Part shown: piece by piece, positions 39,485-49,322 of the stretch
Layout: each line of letters starts with the position of its first letter
How positions within the stretch are numbered: position 1 is the first letter of the stretch
From: Pelagibacteraceae bacterium AG-390-D18
GTDB taxonomy: Bacteria; Pseudomonadota; Alphaproteobacteria; Pelagibacterales; Pelagibacteraceae
NCBI GenBank assembly: GCA_003279715.1
Contig: QCGY01000004.1
Coordinates: 32,694 to 96,693, forward strand
Reading direction: 5' to 3'
DNA: 64,000 nt
Notes under the pieces: model-generated
Seen by the model: only the letters and a program-made list of their open reading frames with translations
Told to the model about the DNA's origin: nothing
The model's database searches: none
Program-made: the position numbers and the translations under genes

Positions 39485-40078
39485 ATGCATCCAGAAATTT
39501 TATCTATAACATTATTTGGAATTGTAGCTGCATTCACCCCAGGCCCAAATAATTTTGTTGCGTTTTACTCTGGTTTCAATTTTGGGATAAAAAGAACACT
39601 ACCACACATACTTGGTGTTACTTTTGGTTTCCCCTTTCTTTTACTTTGTGTAGCTTTAGGATTAGTTAATATATTTAAACTTTATCCACTAATTCAGATT
39701 ATATTAAAATATTTAGGAACAATATTTTTAATTTATTTAGCATATAAAATTTCATTTTCAGGATTACAAAATCAAGAAAATAAAAACATAAATCCTGTAA
39801 GGTTTATAGAGACATTTATTTTTCAATTTTTAAACCCAAAAGCTGTAATTGCTTCAATAATCGTTGTCTCCACTTACATTAATCCAGGAGAAAATTTTAT
39901 AAATTACACGACTCAAATTATTATTTTAGCTTTACTAGTTTCTGTCTCAAGTATCACCCTTTGGACATTTTTAGGTAAATTTCTTAGGAAATTCGCGACA
40001 AATCAGAAATTTATTAATTATTTTAATTATGCTATGTCACTGCTTCTTTTATTAAGCATAATAACTTTTTATTTATAA
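39485..40078 (+). CDS. LysE family translocator
   Basis: TPGPNN, YLAYKI, FQFLNPKA. Confidence 0.9.
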   Translation: MHPEILSITLFGIVAAFTPGPNNFVAFYSGFNFGIKRTLPHILGVTFGFPFLLLCVALGLVNIFKLYPLIQIILKYLGTIFLIYLAYKISFSGLQNQENKNINPVRFIETFIFQFLNPKAVIASIIVVSTYINPGENFINYTTQIIILALLVSVSSITLWTFLGKFLRKFATNQKFINYFNYAMSLLLLLSIITFYL

Positions 40079-40079
40079 C

Positions 40080-42749
40080 ATGACGCCAGGAACAAAAAAT
40101 TCTTACAATTCTTTAGCCAATATTTCTGTTGGAGACAAAAATTATAAATTTTATTCTTTAAAAAATGCTGAACAAAATGGTCTTGATGGTATATCGAAAT
40201 TACCAAAATCTTTAAAAGTTCTCTTAGAAAATCTACTAAGATATGAAGATGATTTATCAGTAAATAAAAACCAAATTGAGTCAATCAAAGAGTGGTTAAA
40301 ATCAAAAAAATCAAATACTGAAATAGCATATCGACCAGCTAGAGTTTTGTTACAAGATTATACTGGTATCCCAGCTGTAGCTGATTTGGCGGCGATGAGA
40401 GAAGCAGTAAAAGATAAAAATAAAGACCCAAATACTATTAACCCATTGTCAGCTGTTGATCTTGTAATCGATCACTCTGTTCAAGTAGATCAATCTGCTA
40501 AATCAGATTCTTTTGAAAACAATGTTGATATTGAATTTGAAAGAAATGGGGAAAGATATTCTTTTTTAAAATGGGGACAACAAGCATTTAATAATTTTAG
40601 AATAGTTCCACCTGGAACTGGAATATGTCATCAAGTAAACTTAGAGTACCTATCAAAGGTAGTTTGGTCAGAAGAATTTGAAGGAGATAAATATTTATTT
40701 CCAGATACTTTAGTTGGTACTGATAGCCATACTACAATGGTTAATGGTTTGTCCGTATTAGGTTGGGGTGTTGGAGGTATTGAGGCTGAGGCAGGTATGT
40801 TGGGTCAGCCAATTTCAATGTTAATCCCAGAAGTTATAGGATTTGAAGTTACAAATAAAATGCCAGAGGGAACAACAGCAACTGATTTAGTTTTAACAGT
40901 TGTTAAAATGTTAAGAGATAAAGGCGTGGTTGGAAAATTTGTTGAATTTTATGGCGAAGGTTTAAAAAACTTAACTCTTGCTGATAGAGCAACAATTGCA
41001 AATATGGCTCCAGAATATGGTGCAACATGTGGTTTTTTTCCAATTGATGATGAAACATTAAAATATCTAAAATTCTCAGGAAGAGACCAACATACGGTTG
41101 ATGTAGTTGAGCACTATGCAAAAGAACAAGGTTTATGGGCAAGCGATGAAATAGAATTTACAGATACCATCTCTTTAGATATGTCTACAGTGGTCCCAAC
41201 AATTTCTGGACCTAAGAGACCTCAAGATAAAGTTTTACTAACAGATGCCCCAACTTCATTTAAAAAAGTGTTAGAAGAGGCAACTAATAAAAAAGATCAT
41301 TCAACATCTAAAGTTTCAAATACAGATTATGAAATTAAAGATGGTTCAATTTTAATTGCAGCAATAACATCATGCACTAATACTTCAAATCCAAATGTTT
41401 TAATTGGAGCAGGATTACTTGCAAAAAAAGCTGTTGAATTAGGTTTGGAAGTAAAACCTTGGGTTAAAACATCTTTAGCTCCAGGTTCTCAGGTAGTCAC
41501 TGATTATTTAGCAAAAGCTGGATTAAATACTTTTCTTGATAAACTAGGTTTTAATCTTGTGGGCTATGGATGTACAACATGTATTGGAAATTCAGGACCA
41601 CTGCCTGAAAATATAGTAAGTGCAATCCAAAAAGAAAATATTTATGCAGTTTCTGTTTTATCTGGAAATAGAAATTTTGAAGGAAGAATATCCCCTCATA
41701 TCAAAGCAAATTATTTAGCTTCTCCTCCATTAGTTGTGGCTTACGCTCTGGCTGGACACATGGAAGTTGATTTATATAAAGACGCTCTTGGTAAAGATAA
41801 AGATGGTAACGATATTTATTTAAAAGATATCTGGCCATCAAATAAAGAAATTGAAGATACTCTAAAACAATCTTTAAATGCTGAAATGTTTATTCAAAGA
41901 TATTCAAATGTTTCAGAAGGACCCAGCCAATGGCAAGATATTAAAACAGAAAAAAGCAGTATTTATAGTTGGGATGAAGGATCAACATATGTAAAAAAAC
42001 CTCCTTTCTTTGATAACTTATCAGATGAACCAGAAGGATTTAAAGAGATTAAGGATGCAAGACCTTTATTAATCTTAGGAGACATGGTTACTACAGATCA
42101 TATTTCACCAGCAGGGAATATCCAAAAAGAAAGCCCAACTGGAGAATATTTTATGGAACACCAAATACTTCCTAAAGATTATAATTCTTACGGATCAAGA
42201 AGAGGAAATCATGAAGTAATGATGAGAGGAACTTTTGCAAATATCAGAATTAAAAATGAGATGGCGCCAGGAACAGAAGGTGGATTTACCAAAATTTATC
42301 CTGAAGAAAAAGTATTACCTGTTTATGATGCGGTTGTTGAATATAAAAAAAGAGGAACTGATTTGGTTGTCATAGGAGGAAAAGAATATGGAACTGGTTC
42401 TTCAAGAGATTGGGCGGCTAAAGGAACAAAATTATTAGGTATTAAGGCAGTTATTGCTGAAAGTTTTGAGCGTATTCATAGGTCAAATTTAATAGGAATG
42501 GGAATTCTGCCTTTGCAATTTACGAATGATGTAAATAGAAAAAATTTAAATTTAATAGGCTCAGAATTGATTAGTGTTCTTAATGTTGAAAAAGGTATAA
42601 ATCCATCTGAAGAGGTGACGATTGAGATAAAATATGCATCAGGAGATATTAAAAAAGTTAAAACTTTATGCAGAATTGATACTAAAAATGAATTAGAATA
42701 TTATAAAAATGGAGGTATTCTCCAATATGTTTTAAGGAATATGATTTAG
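40080..42749 (+). CDS. acnA: Aconitate hydratase A
   Basis: DHSVQ, GTDSHT, SCTNTS, GCTTCIG, TTDHISP, GSSRDWAAK. Confidence 0.97.
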   Translation: MTPGTKNSYNSLANISVGDKNYKFYSLKNAEQNGLDGISKLPKSLKVLLENLLRYEDDLSVNKNQIESIKEWLKSKKSNTEIAYRPARVLLQDYTGIPAVADLAAMREAVKDKNKDPNTINPLSAVDLVIDHSVQVDQSAKSDSFENNVDIEFERNGERYSFLKWGQQAFNNFRIVPPGTGICHQVNLEYLSKVVWSEEFEGDKYLFPDTLVGTDSHTTMVNGLSVLGWGVGGIEAEAGMLGQPISMLIPEVIGFEVTNKMPEGTTATDLVLTVVKMLRDKGVVGKFVEFYGEGLKNLTLADRATIANMAPEYGATCGFFPIDDETLKYLKFSGRDQHTVDVVEHYAKEQGLWASDEIEFTDTISLDMSTVVPTISGPKRPQDKVLLTDAPTSFKKVLEEATNKKDHSTSKVSNTDYEIKDGSILIAAITSCTNTSNPNVLIGAGLLAKKAVELGLEVKPWVKTSLAPGSQVVTDYLAKAGLNTFLDKLGFNLVGYGCTTCIGNSGPLPENIVSAIQKENIYAVSVLSGNRNFEGRISPHIKANYLASPPLVVAYALAGHMEVDLYKDALGKDKDGNDIYLKDIWPSNKEIEDTLKQSLNAEMFIQRYSNVSEGPSQWQDIKTEKSSIYSWDEGSTYVKKPPFFDNLSDEPEGFKEIKDARPLLILGDMVTTDHISPAGNIQKESPTGEYFMEHQILPKDYNSYGSRRGNHEVMMRGTFANIRIKNEMAPGTEGGFTKIYPEEKVLPVYDAVVEYKKRGTDLVVIGGKEYGTGSSRDWAAKGTKLLGIKAVIAESFERIHRSNLIGMGILPLQFTNDVNRKNLNLIGSELISVLNVEKGINPSEEVTIEIKYASGDIKKVKTLCRIDTKNELEYYKNGGILQYVLRNMI

Positions 42750-42751
42750 TT

Positions 42752-43396
42752 ATGGAAGAAGATATTTCAATTATTAATAGCAATACAAGAAATGAAAAAG
42801 TAAGAAACTTTTTTGTTAATAATAAAAATAAAATTATTTCAATAATAGTAATCTTGATTATTATTCTAGGAGGTACTTACGGTTTTGATAGCTATAAAAC
42901 TAATAAGAAAAAAGAAATTTCTAATAAATTTAATTCATCTACTTTAAATCATTCTGAAAGCACGAAAGAAATAACAGTTCGAAATTTAGTTGAAATTATT
43001 AATGAACAAGACCCAACGTATTCACCTTTATCTCTATATTTTATCATCGATAACAAACTAATTTCTAATCAAAGTGAAATAAACAGTTATTTTGATATTG
43101 TAATTGAAAAAATATCACTCGATGAAGAAATTAAAAGCTTAGTTATTTATAAAAAAGCATTATTTAATTCCGATCAGGCTCAAGAAAGCGAACTACTGAA
43201 AATTTTAAATCCATTGATTAATTCTAAAAGTGTATGGAAATCACATGCTTTATATTTAATGGCTGAGTATTTCTATTCCAAAGATCAAAAACAAAAATCT
43301 AAAGAATTTTTCAATCAAATTGCTAATTTAGAGGACGCCAATCCAGATATAAAGCTTCAAGCACAAAAAAGATTGAATAGAGATTTGAGTGATTAG
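42752..43396 (+). CDS. Membrane-anchored helical protein, YfgM/TPR-like
   Basis: Single N-terminal TM, helical C-terminus; directly upstream of the BamB-like gene. Confidence 0.55.
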   Translation: MEEDISIINSNTRNEKVRNFFVNNKNKIISIIVILIIILGGTYGFDSYKTNKKKEISNKFNSSTLNHSESTKEITVRNLVEIINEQDPTYSPLSLYFIIDNKLISNQSEINSYFDIVIEKISLDEEIKSLVIYKKALFNSDQAQESELLKILNPLINSKSVWKSHALYLMAEYFYSKDQKQKSKEFFNQIANLEDANPDIKLQAQKRLNRDLSD

Positions 43397-44687
43397 ATTA
43401 ATTTTATTAGTTTTAACATTATTATTTTTATCAAATTGTTCTATTAGTGAGACCTCTCGAATTTGGAATGATAAAGAGGAAAAAATTGAAAATCAAAAAA
43501 AAATAAAAAAGTTATTCGCTGAAGAAAAAAAAATAATTACTGAGTTTAATCCTGAGTTAAAGCTTGATTTTTTTAAACTCAAACTAAATAGTTATATTAT
43601 AGATAATAAAAATAATTTTGGAGCTCAAAATTATAGTGGTGTTAATCAAAAAAATAGTTCTTATAAATTTTCTAAAATTGAAGATCTTAATCATTTAAAT
43701 TACAAACCAATTTTTTTAAATGATGGACTTATATTTTTTGATAAAAAAGGAACGATTATTAGATATGATAATAACAAAAAAATAGTTTGGAAAAAAAATC
43801 ATTACTCGAAGTCAGAAAAAAGACTACGCCCAAAATTGTACTTTTTACTAGATAATCAAAATTTGTTAATAGCAGATAGTATTGCAAAGTATTATTCAAT
43901 TAATATTAAATCTGGGGAACTAAACTGGTCAAAAAACGGAAGCTATTCTTTTAACTCTGAAATAAAGAAAGAGGATAATAAATTTTTTATAGTTGACTAC
44001 ACAAATACTCTAAGATCTTTTAGTGTAGATGATGGGTCTGAATTATGGAATTTTCAAACTGAAGACTCTTTTGCAATATCAGATACAAAAAACTCATTAA
44101 TTATTGTTGGAGATTTGGTTGTTTTTAGTAATTCTATCGGAGATATTACTGCTATTAATAATGAGTCTGGTTTGATTACATGGCAGCTTCCCACCCAAAG
44201 TAGTAATATAATAAATGAGTCATATAATTTTAAAACTTCAAAATTAGTTTCTGATGGAAAATCTATTTATTTTTCAAATAATAAAGGTGAATTTTATTCA
44301 ATAGATCTCAAAACTGGAGTTATAAATTGGATAAATGAAATTGATTCAAATATAATGCCCTCTGTCATAGGCAATCTTATTTTTACAATTTCTAATGAGG
44401 GCTACTTGTATATATTGGAAAAGAATACAGGAAATATTATTCGTGTTACAAATCTTTATAAAAATTATAAAGAAAAAAAACGTAAAAATATAAAACCAAT
44501 CGGTTTCATTATTGGAAAGACAAATTTATATTTAACAAATAATGATGGTAAAATGATAGTGGTTGATTTAGTTACTGGAAATACAACTAGCACTATTAAA
44601 GTTTCAAATAGTATATTATCTGAACCATTTATTTTTAATAAAAATTTATTTATAATTAAAAATGGATCTATTGTTCATTACAATTAA
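43389..44687 (+). CDS. PQQ-like beta-propeller lipoprotein, BamB-like
   Basis: Lipobox LSNC, repeated G...W blades (SGELNW, DGSELW, SGLITW, TGVINW). Confidence 0.78.
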   Translation: MIRLILLVLTLLFLSNCSISETSRIWNDKEEKIENQKKIKKLFAEEKKIITEFNPELKLDFFKLKLNSYIIDNKNNFGAQNYSGVNQKNSSYKFSKIEDLNHLNYKPIFLNDGLIFFDKKGTIIRYDNNKKIVWKKNHYSKSEKRLRPKLYFLLDNQNLLIADSIAKYYSINIKSGELNWSKNGSYSFNSEIKKEDNKFFIVDYTNTLRSFSVDDGSELWNFQTEDSFAISDTKNSLIIVGDLVVFSNSIGDITAINNESGLITWQLPTQSSNIINESYNFKTSKLVSDGKSIYFSNNKGEFYSIDLKTGVINWINEIDSNIMPSVIGNLIFTISNEGYLYILEKNTGNIIRVTNLYKNYKEKKRKNIKPIGFIIGKTNLYLTNNDGKMIVVDLVTGNTTSTIKVSNSILSEPFIFNKNLFIIKNGSIVHYN

Positions 44688-44689
44688 TA

Positions 44690-45118
44690 ATGTTCCTAAA
44701 TTTTTTAGATAGAGTAGGAAGAAAAAAAGTAGTTTTAGATAGAGGACCTTCTCACCCAAGATTTGATGAAGCTAAACCTTGGATGAATAGATATTATGTT
44801 TTATTAAGGTATCGACCAAGGTGGTTTCCATTTAATATATTAATCCATGAAATGTTGGCTGACGATCATGGAGACGGAGTTCATAACCACACTTTCCCAT
44901 ATATAACAATTATATTGAGAGGAGGGTACTGGGAAACCTTAACTACAGGTAAATATTGGAGACCTCCTGGATATATTGGTTTTAGATCTGCAAATAACTT
45001 ACATAGAGTTGATCTTAAACCAGGAACAAGACCTTTGACATTATTTATATCAGGACCTTTTGGATTAAGAAAAGGTCCAAGGTCAGAATATGGTATAGAT
45101 TTTAAGACTAAAAAATGA
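44690..45118 (+). CDS. Cupin-like hypothetical protein
   Basis: HNH...IILRGGYWE...HRVDL metal-binding cupin pattern. Confidence 0.65.
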   Translation: MFLNFLDRVGRKKVVLDRGPSHPRFDEAKPWMNRYYVLLRYRPRWFPFNILIHEMLADDHGDGVHNHTFPYITIILRGGYWETLTTGKYWRPPGYIGFRSANNLHRVDLKPGTRPLTLFISGPFGLRKGPRSEYGIDFKTKK

Positions 45119-46173
45119 ATTTAAATAAATTATTTCTAAACCATTGTAAAAAAAATAATTTAGAAATTAATCCTAATCAGATAAATTTAATAGAAGAGCT
45201 TGATAACTTTTATAATCTAAATTTTAATAAATCCTTTTTTAAAAAAATATTTTCTACAAAAGATAATAATATTGGATTTTATTTACAAGGTGATGTCGGT
45301 GTAGGTAAAACAATGATCTTAAATTTTTTTTATGAAAATTTTAACTTTTCAAAACAAAGACTTCATTTTAATGAGTTTATGATTAGTTTTCATGATTTTG
45401 TATTCAAAAATAAAGGGATTAATCATGAAAATATCATTGATAAATTTGTTAATAAATTATCAAAGAAATATCAATTGATTTACTTTGATGAATTTCAGGT
45501 TACAAACATTGCAGATGCAATGATTTTAGGAAACCTATTTAAGAAAATATTTGATAAAAATATAAAGATATTATTTTCATCTAACATAAAAATTAATGAT
45601 CTTTATAAAGATGGGTTACAGAGAGATCAGTTTCTTCCTTTTATTAAGATAATAAAAAATAAGTGTTATCAAAAAAATCTTATAATTGAAGAAGATTATA
45701 GAAAATCTCAAAATAAAAGAAATGAAAGATTTTTTTATCCGTTAAATGAAAAAACTAATTTTAAAGTTAACAAATATTTTAGAAAAATTACTAAAAATTT
45801 AACTCTTAAAGAGAAAGTTTTAACAATTAAAGGAAGAAAGTTTATCATCAAGAATTATTTTGATGGTATTGCAAGATTTAATTTTAAAGATTTATGTGCA
45901 AAAAATATTGGAGCTGAAGATTATATAAAAATTGCTGAAAAATGTGATTTAATAATAATAGAAAATATTCCTAATTTTAATAATGTTAATTTAAATCAGC
46001 AACAAAGATTTATAACTTTAATTGATATTATTTATGAAAAAAGTATTCCACTTATGATTACTTCAGAGTCAAAATTAGACTCATTAAGTTCGTCTGATAA
46101 TTTGAAACAATCTTTTAAAAGAACAATTAGTAGGCTTTATGAATTAACATCAGCTAAATCAAATTATCTATAA
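45115..46173 (+). CDS. zapE: AFG1/ZapE family ATPase
   Basis: GDVGVGKT, RLHFNEFM, FDEFQV, DAMIL, LYKDGLQR, RTISRL. Confidence 0.92.
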   Translation: MNLNKLFLNHCKKNNLEINPNQINLIEELDNFYNLNFNKSFFKKIFSTKDNNIGFYLQGDVGVGKTMILNFFYENFNFSKQRLHFNEFMISFHDFVFKNKGINHENIIDKFVNKLSKKYQLIYFDEFQVTNIADAMILGNLFKKIFDKNIKILFSSNIKINDLYKDGLQRDQFLPFIKIIKNKCYQKNLIIEEDYRKSQNKRNERFFYPLNEKTNFKVNKYFRKITKNLTLKEKVLTIKGRKFIIKNYFDGIARFNFKDLCAKNIGAEDYIKIAEKCDLIIIENIPNFNNVNLNQQQRFITLIDIIYEKSIPLMITSESKLDSLSSSDNLKQSFKRTISRLYELTSAKSNYL

Positions 46174-46625
46174 GGGTCGTAAGCCCATTGCAAAATTGCC
46201 TGTCTTTGTCTTCTTCTGCATCCTAAATCACCTTTTTCACAGTTTTTTTCTATTGCTAAAACATGTCTTCTAAAGTTTTTCCATCTTTTAATTTGTATTT
46301 CATCCATTTCAGGGATTCTTCTTCCATTAGTGAACCTACAATACCATTGAAACCAACCTAGAGGATCTTCTTTAAATATCCATCCTTTTTCAATCCAATG
46401 TTCTCTTGAAAGTCCCGAAACAACATTAAATCTATTTAAGCTTGTATCAAAAGTTTTACTTAATTTTGCATTTTTGAACCATGCTTTTGGATATTCTTTA
46501 ATATCTAATCCGAAATACGCGCCACCAAAAACTCCTAATTCCATCATCCTTTTTGGAGTTAATTCTGGTTTAAAAATTTTATAAAAATCTAAATTAATAA
46601 TTTTTTTTTTTGAAATTTTTTTCAT
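46164..46625 (-). CDS. Conserved hypothetical protein (Trp/Arg/Cys-rich)
   Basis: LTPKRMMELGVFGG, DPLGWFQWYCRF, RQAILQWAYDP; ATG 46625 preferred over TTG 46637. Confidence 0.75.
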   Translation of the reverse strand: MKKISKKKIINLDFYKIFKPELTPKRMMELGVFGGAYFGLDIKEYPKAWFKNAKLSKTFDTSLNRFNVVSGLSREHWIEKGWIFKEDPLGWFQWYCRFTNGRRIPEMDEIQIKRWKNFRRHVLAIEKNCEKGDLGCRRRQRQAILQWAYDPYR

Positions 46626-46639
46626 AGAATTTAACAAAC

Positions 46640-47767
46640 TTAATTATTTATAAGTTTTTTATACATTTCTTTATCAGTATCACCCTCGCATCCAATAACT
46701 AGAACATTTGATTTCTTATCAAGCTGTAAATTTTCTTTAACATTTTGATCTTCACAACTAGCAATTAAACTTATTACTCCTGGTGCAGAATTTTCTCCTG
46801 CTGTAATCTTTTCATCACTAAAGCTTGAGTTTCCAAGTAATTTCATCGTTTTTGCAATATCATCATCAGGTAGACTGATGCAATGCTTAACTGAATTCTT
46901 CAGAATTTCCCATGGAACCAATGATACTTCTCCACAAGACATGCCACCCATCAAACTCTCTCTTTTAATGTCAATTTTTTCTATTTTTCCAGTTTTAATA
47001 CTTTCTAAAACGCAAGCTGCACTATCAGGCTCAACTACTAAAGTAGTAGGAATATAATCTAAATATCTTGCAATACCTGCTACCATCGCTCCAGCCATTC
47101 CCCCAACACCTGCTTGTAAAATTACATGAGAAATTTTTTCATTATTAATTTGATCAGCAATTTCTTTCATCATTACAGTATAACCAGCCATAGTATAAGT
47201 AGGAACTTGTATATAATCTTTCCAGGCTACATCTTGAACTATTTGCCAGTCATTTTCAGTAGATTGCTTGATGCATTCAATTAATGATTTTTCATAATTA
47301 CCCTTTACTTTGACTACATCTGCTCCAAGGTCTGACATAGCTTGACCTCGAGCATCACTTACAAATTCACTAATAAAAATTTTACATTTTAAACCTAGTC
47401 TTCTTGCACCCCACGCTACAGATCGCCCATGATTTCCAGCAGTAGCAGTTGCAACTACAATGTCCTTATTCCCTTGGGTAACTTTTTCAACAGCATAAGC
47501 ACCACCTAGTGCTTTAAATGATTTTAAATCAAATCTTTTACTTTCATCTTTGTAAAATATGTTATTTAAATTTAATTCTTTAGATAATTTATATAAGGAA
47601 ATTAAAGGAGTAGGGATATATCCCTCCCATTTTGAAATACTTGAATAAGCATTATCAATCTCTTTTTCTGACAATGAACTTAGAATTTTTTTTTTATCAA
47701 ATAAATAATTTTTATTATTTAAAAATTCTGAAAATTTCCATTGATGACCGTTGGATAGAATTGTCAT
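46640..47767 (-). CDS. dpaL: Diaminopropionate ammonia-lyase (PLP fold II)
   Basis: KDESKRFDLKSFKALGG, ATAGNHG, VQDVAW, QAGVGG, GESA-like GENSA, EGDTD. Confidence 0.85.
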   Translation of the reverse strand: MTILSNGHQWKFSEFLNNKNYLFDKKKILSSLSEKEIDNAYSSISKWEGYIPTPLISLYKLSKELNLNNIFYKDESKRFDLKSFKALGGAYAVEKVTQGNKDIVVATATAGNHGRSVAWGARRLGLKCKIFISEFVSDARGQAMSDLGADVVKVKGNYEKSLIECIKQSTENDWQIVQDVAWKDYIQVPTYTMAGYTVMMKEIADQINNEKISHVILQAGVGGMAGAMVAGIARYLDYIPTTLVVEPDSAACVLESIKTGKIEKIDIKRESLMGGMSCGEVSLVPWEILKNSVKHCISLPDDDIAKTMKLLGNSSFSDEKITAGENSAPGVISLIASCEDQNVKENLQLDKKSNVLVIGCEGDTDKEMYKKLINN

Positions 47768-47770
47768 AAT

Positions 47771-49096
47771 CTAACAGTCTAGAGTATTATTTTTTTCCCA
47801 CTTGGTAATAGGCTTTATTTTGTCAAATTTTTCTTTTGAACTAAACTCTTTTATTTCTGAATTTCTTAGTTTTATAAAACTTTCAACAACATCTTTTCCA
47901 AAAGCCTCACTCATTTCTTTATTATTTTTTAATAGATCTAATGATTGTTCTAATTGATCTGGAAGTTTAGGTAAATCTGGATATTTAGCGTAGTCTGTAT
48001 ACATATTACAATCCAAAGGTTTTCCTGGATCGATATTATTTTTTAAGCCATACAATCCAGCGGCTAAAACACTAGCTTGTAATAAATAAGGGTTTACCGA
48101 ACCATCCATTAATCTTAATTCAAACCTACCTGGGTCTGGAATTCTTATCATGTGTGTTCTATTATTGCCGGTATAAGAAATACTACTAGGAGACCAAGAT
48201 GCACCAGATTTTGTTGGTGGAGCATTTATTCTTCTATAGCTATTGATTGTTGGATTAAAAAAAGCGGATAAAGATGATGCATTTTTAATAACACCCCCTA
48301 AAAAATTGTATGCCATTTTACTTAATCCAAGTTTGTCTGATTTATCTAAAAATTTATTTTTCTTTCCTTGCCATACTGACACATGAGCATGACAGCCATT
48401 ACCAGTCAAATTCTCAAATGGCTTAGGCATAAACGTGGCTCTTAATCCATGTTTTTCAGCAATTGTTTTAACCATGTATTTAAAAAAAGTATGTCTATCT
48501 GCAGTTTTTAGGCAATCTGAGTAATCCCAATTCATTTCAAATTGACCGTTAGCATCTTCATGGTCATTCTGATACGGACCCCATCCCATTTCAATCATAC
48601 AGTCACAGATTTCTTTAATTAAATCGTATCTTCTCATTAATGCTGATTGATCGTAGCATGGTTTTGACTGAGTATCTCTAGGATCAGCAATAGAACTACC
48701 ATCATGAGAAATTAAAAAATATTCACATTCAACACCTGATTTCATCGTTAAATTTTGTTCTTTAAGTTTTTTAATTTGCTTTTTAAGCATTACTCTTGGA
48801 GATGCATCAACAGGCTTACCATTCATCCACAAGTCTGAAGCCAACCAACCAACTTCTTTATTCCAAGGTAATTGAATTAAACTGTCAGGATCTGGAATAC
48901 CAAACATGTCTGAGTCTGCAGGAGACATGTCTAGCCAAGCAGCAAATCCTGCAAATCCTGCACCAGCACCTTGCATTTCTTTTATTGCATGAGCGGGCAC
49001 TAGTTTTGATCTAAGTACGCCAAACAAATCTACAAAACTGATTAAAAAATATTTTATTTTTTTTTGTTTAGCAATTTTGAATAAATTTTTAGCCAC
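47771..49096 (-). CDS. gmaS: Gamma-glutamylmethylamide synthetase (type III glutamate-ammonia ligase, GlnT)
   Basis: RSKLVPA, GAGFAGFA, KPCYDQSALMR, DHEDANGQFEMN, NNRTHMIR; located in the N-methylglutamate cluster. Confidence 0.88.
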   Translation of the reverse strand: MAKNLFKIAKQKKIKYFLISFVDLFGVLRSKLVPAHAIKEMQGAGAGFAGFAAWLDMSPADSDMFGIPDPDSLIQLPWNKEVGWLASDLWMNGKPVDASPRVMLKKQIKKLKEQNLTMKSGVECEYFLISHDGSSIADPRDTQSKPCYDQSALMRRYDLIKEICDCMIEMGWGPYQNDHEDANGQFEMNWDYSDCLKTADRHTFFKYMVKTIAEKHGLRATFMPKPFENLTGNGCHAHVSVWQGKKNKFLDKSDKLGLSKMAYNFLGGVIKNASSLSAFFNPTINSYRRINAPPTKSGASWSPSSISYTGNNRTHMIRIPDPGRFELRLMDGSVNPYLLQASVLAAGLYGLKNNIDPGKPLDCNMYTDYAKYPDLPKLPDQLEQSLDLLKNNKEMSEAFGKDVVESFIKLRNSEIKEFSSKEKFDKIKPITKWEKNNTLDC

Positions 49097-49113
49097 AATT
49101 TAAGTTATCACAT

Positions 49114-49266
49114 TTATCTAAAAAAAGAAAAAATAGTTTCCTTATAATAAATTAAATTCACAACTATTATTATAATTATTGCAAGTATTACACCATACTT
49201 CGCTTTAGGAAAAGCAACACCCCGCATTTTTGTGGGTCTTAATTCTTCTTTATTTTCGTCTGTCAT
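49114..49266 (-). CDS. Unannotated 50-aa single-TM protein
   Basis: Hand-translated MTDENKEELRPTKMRGVAFPKAKYGVILAIIIIIVVNLIYYKETIFSFFR; fills the gap between terminator and gmaS. Confidence 0.65.
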   Translation of the reverse strand: MTDENKEELRPTKMRGVAFPKAKYGVILAIIIIIVVNLIYYKETIFSFFR

Positions 49267-49274
49267 ATTTTTTT

Positions 49275-49307
49275 AAAAAAAAAGGGCGCTACAATTAAGT
49301 AGCGCCC
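49275..49307 (-). terminator. Intrinsic terminator after amt and the 74-aa gene
   Basis: GGGCGCTAC-N6-GTAGCGCCC stem followed by 9 T on minus strand. Confidence 0.85.
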
Positions 49308-49322
49308 AAATTTTATTTTTAA

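Noticed and set aside
46598-46623. Long T and A homopolymer runs as phase-variation or frameshift sites
   Set aside because: Such runs are ubiquitous in this AT-rich DNA and the reading frames are intact
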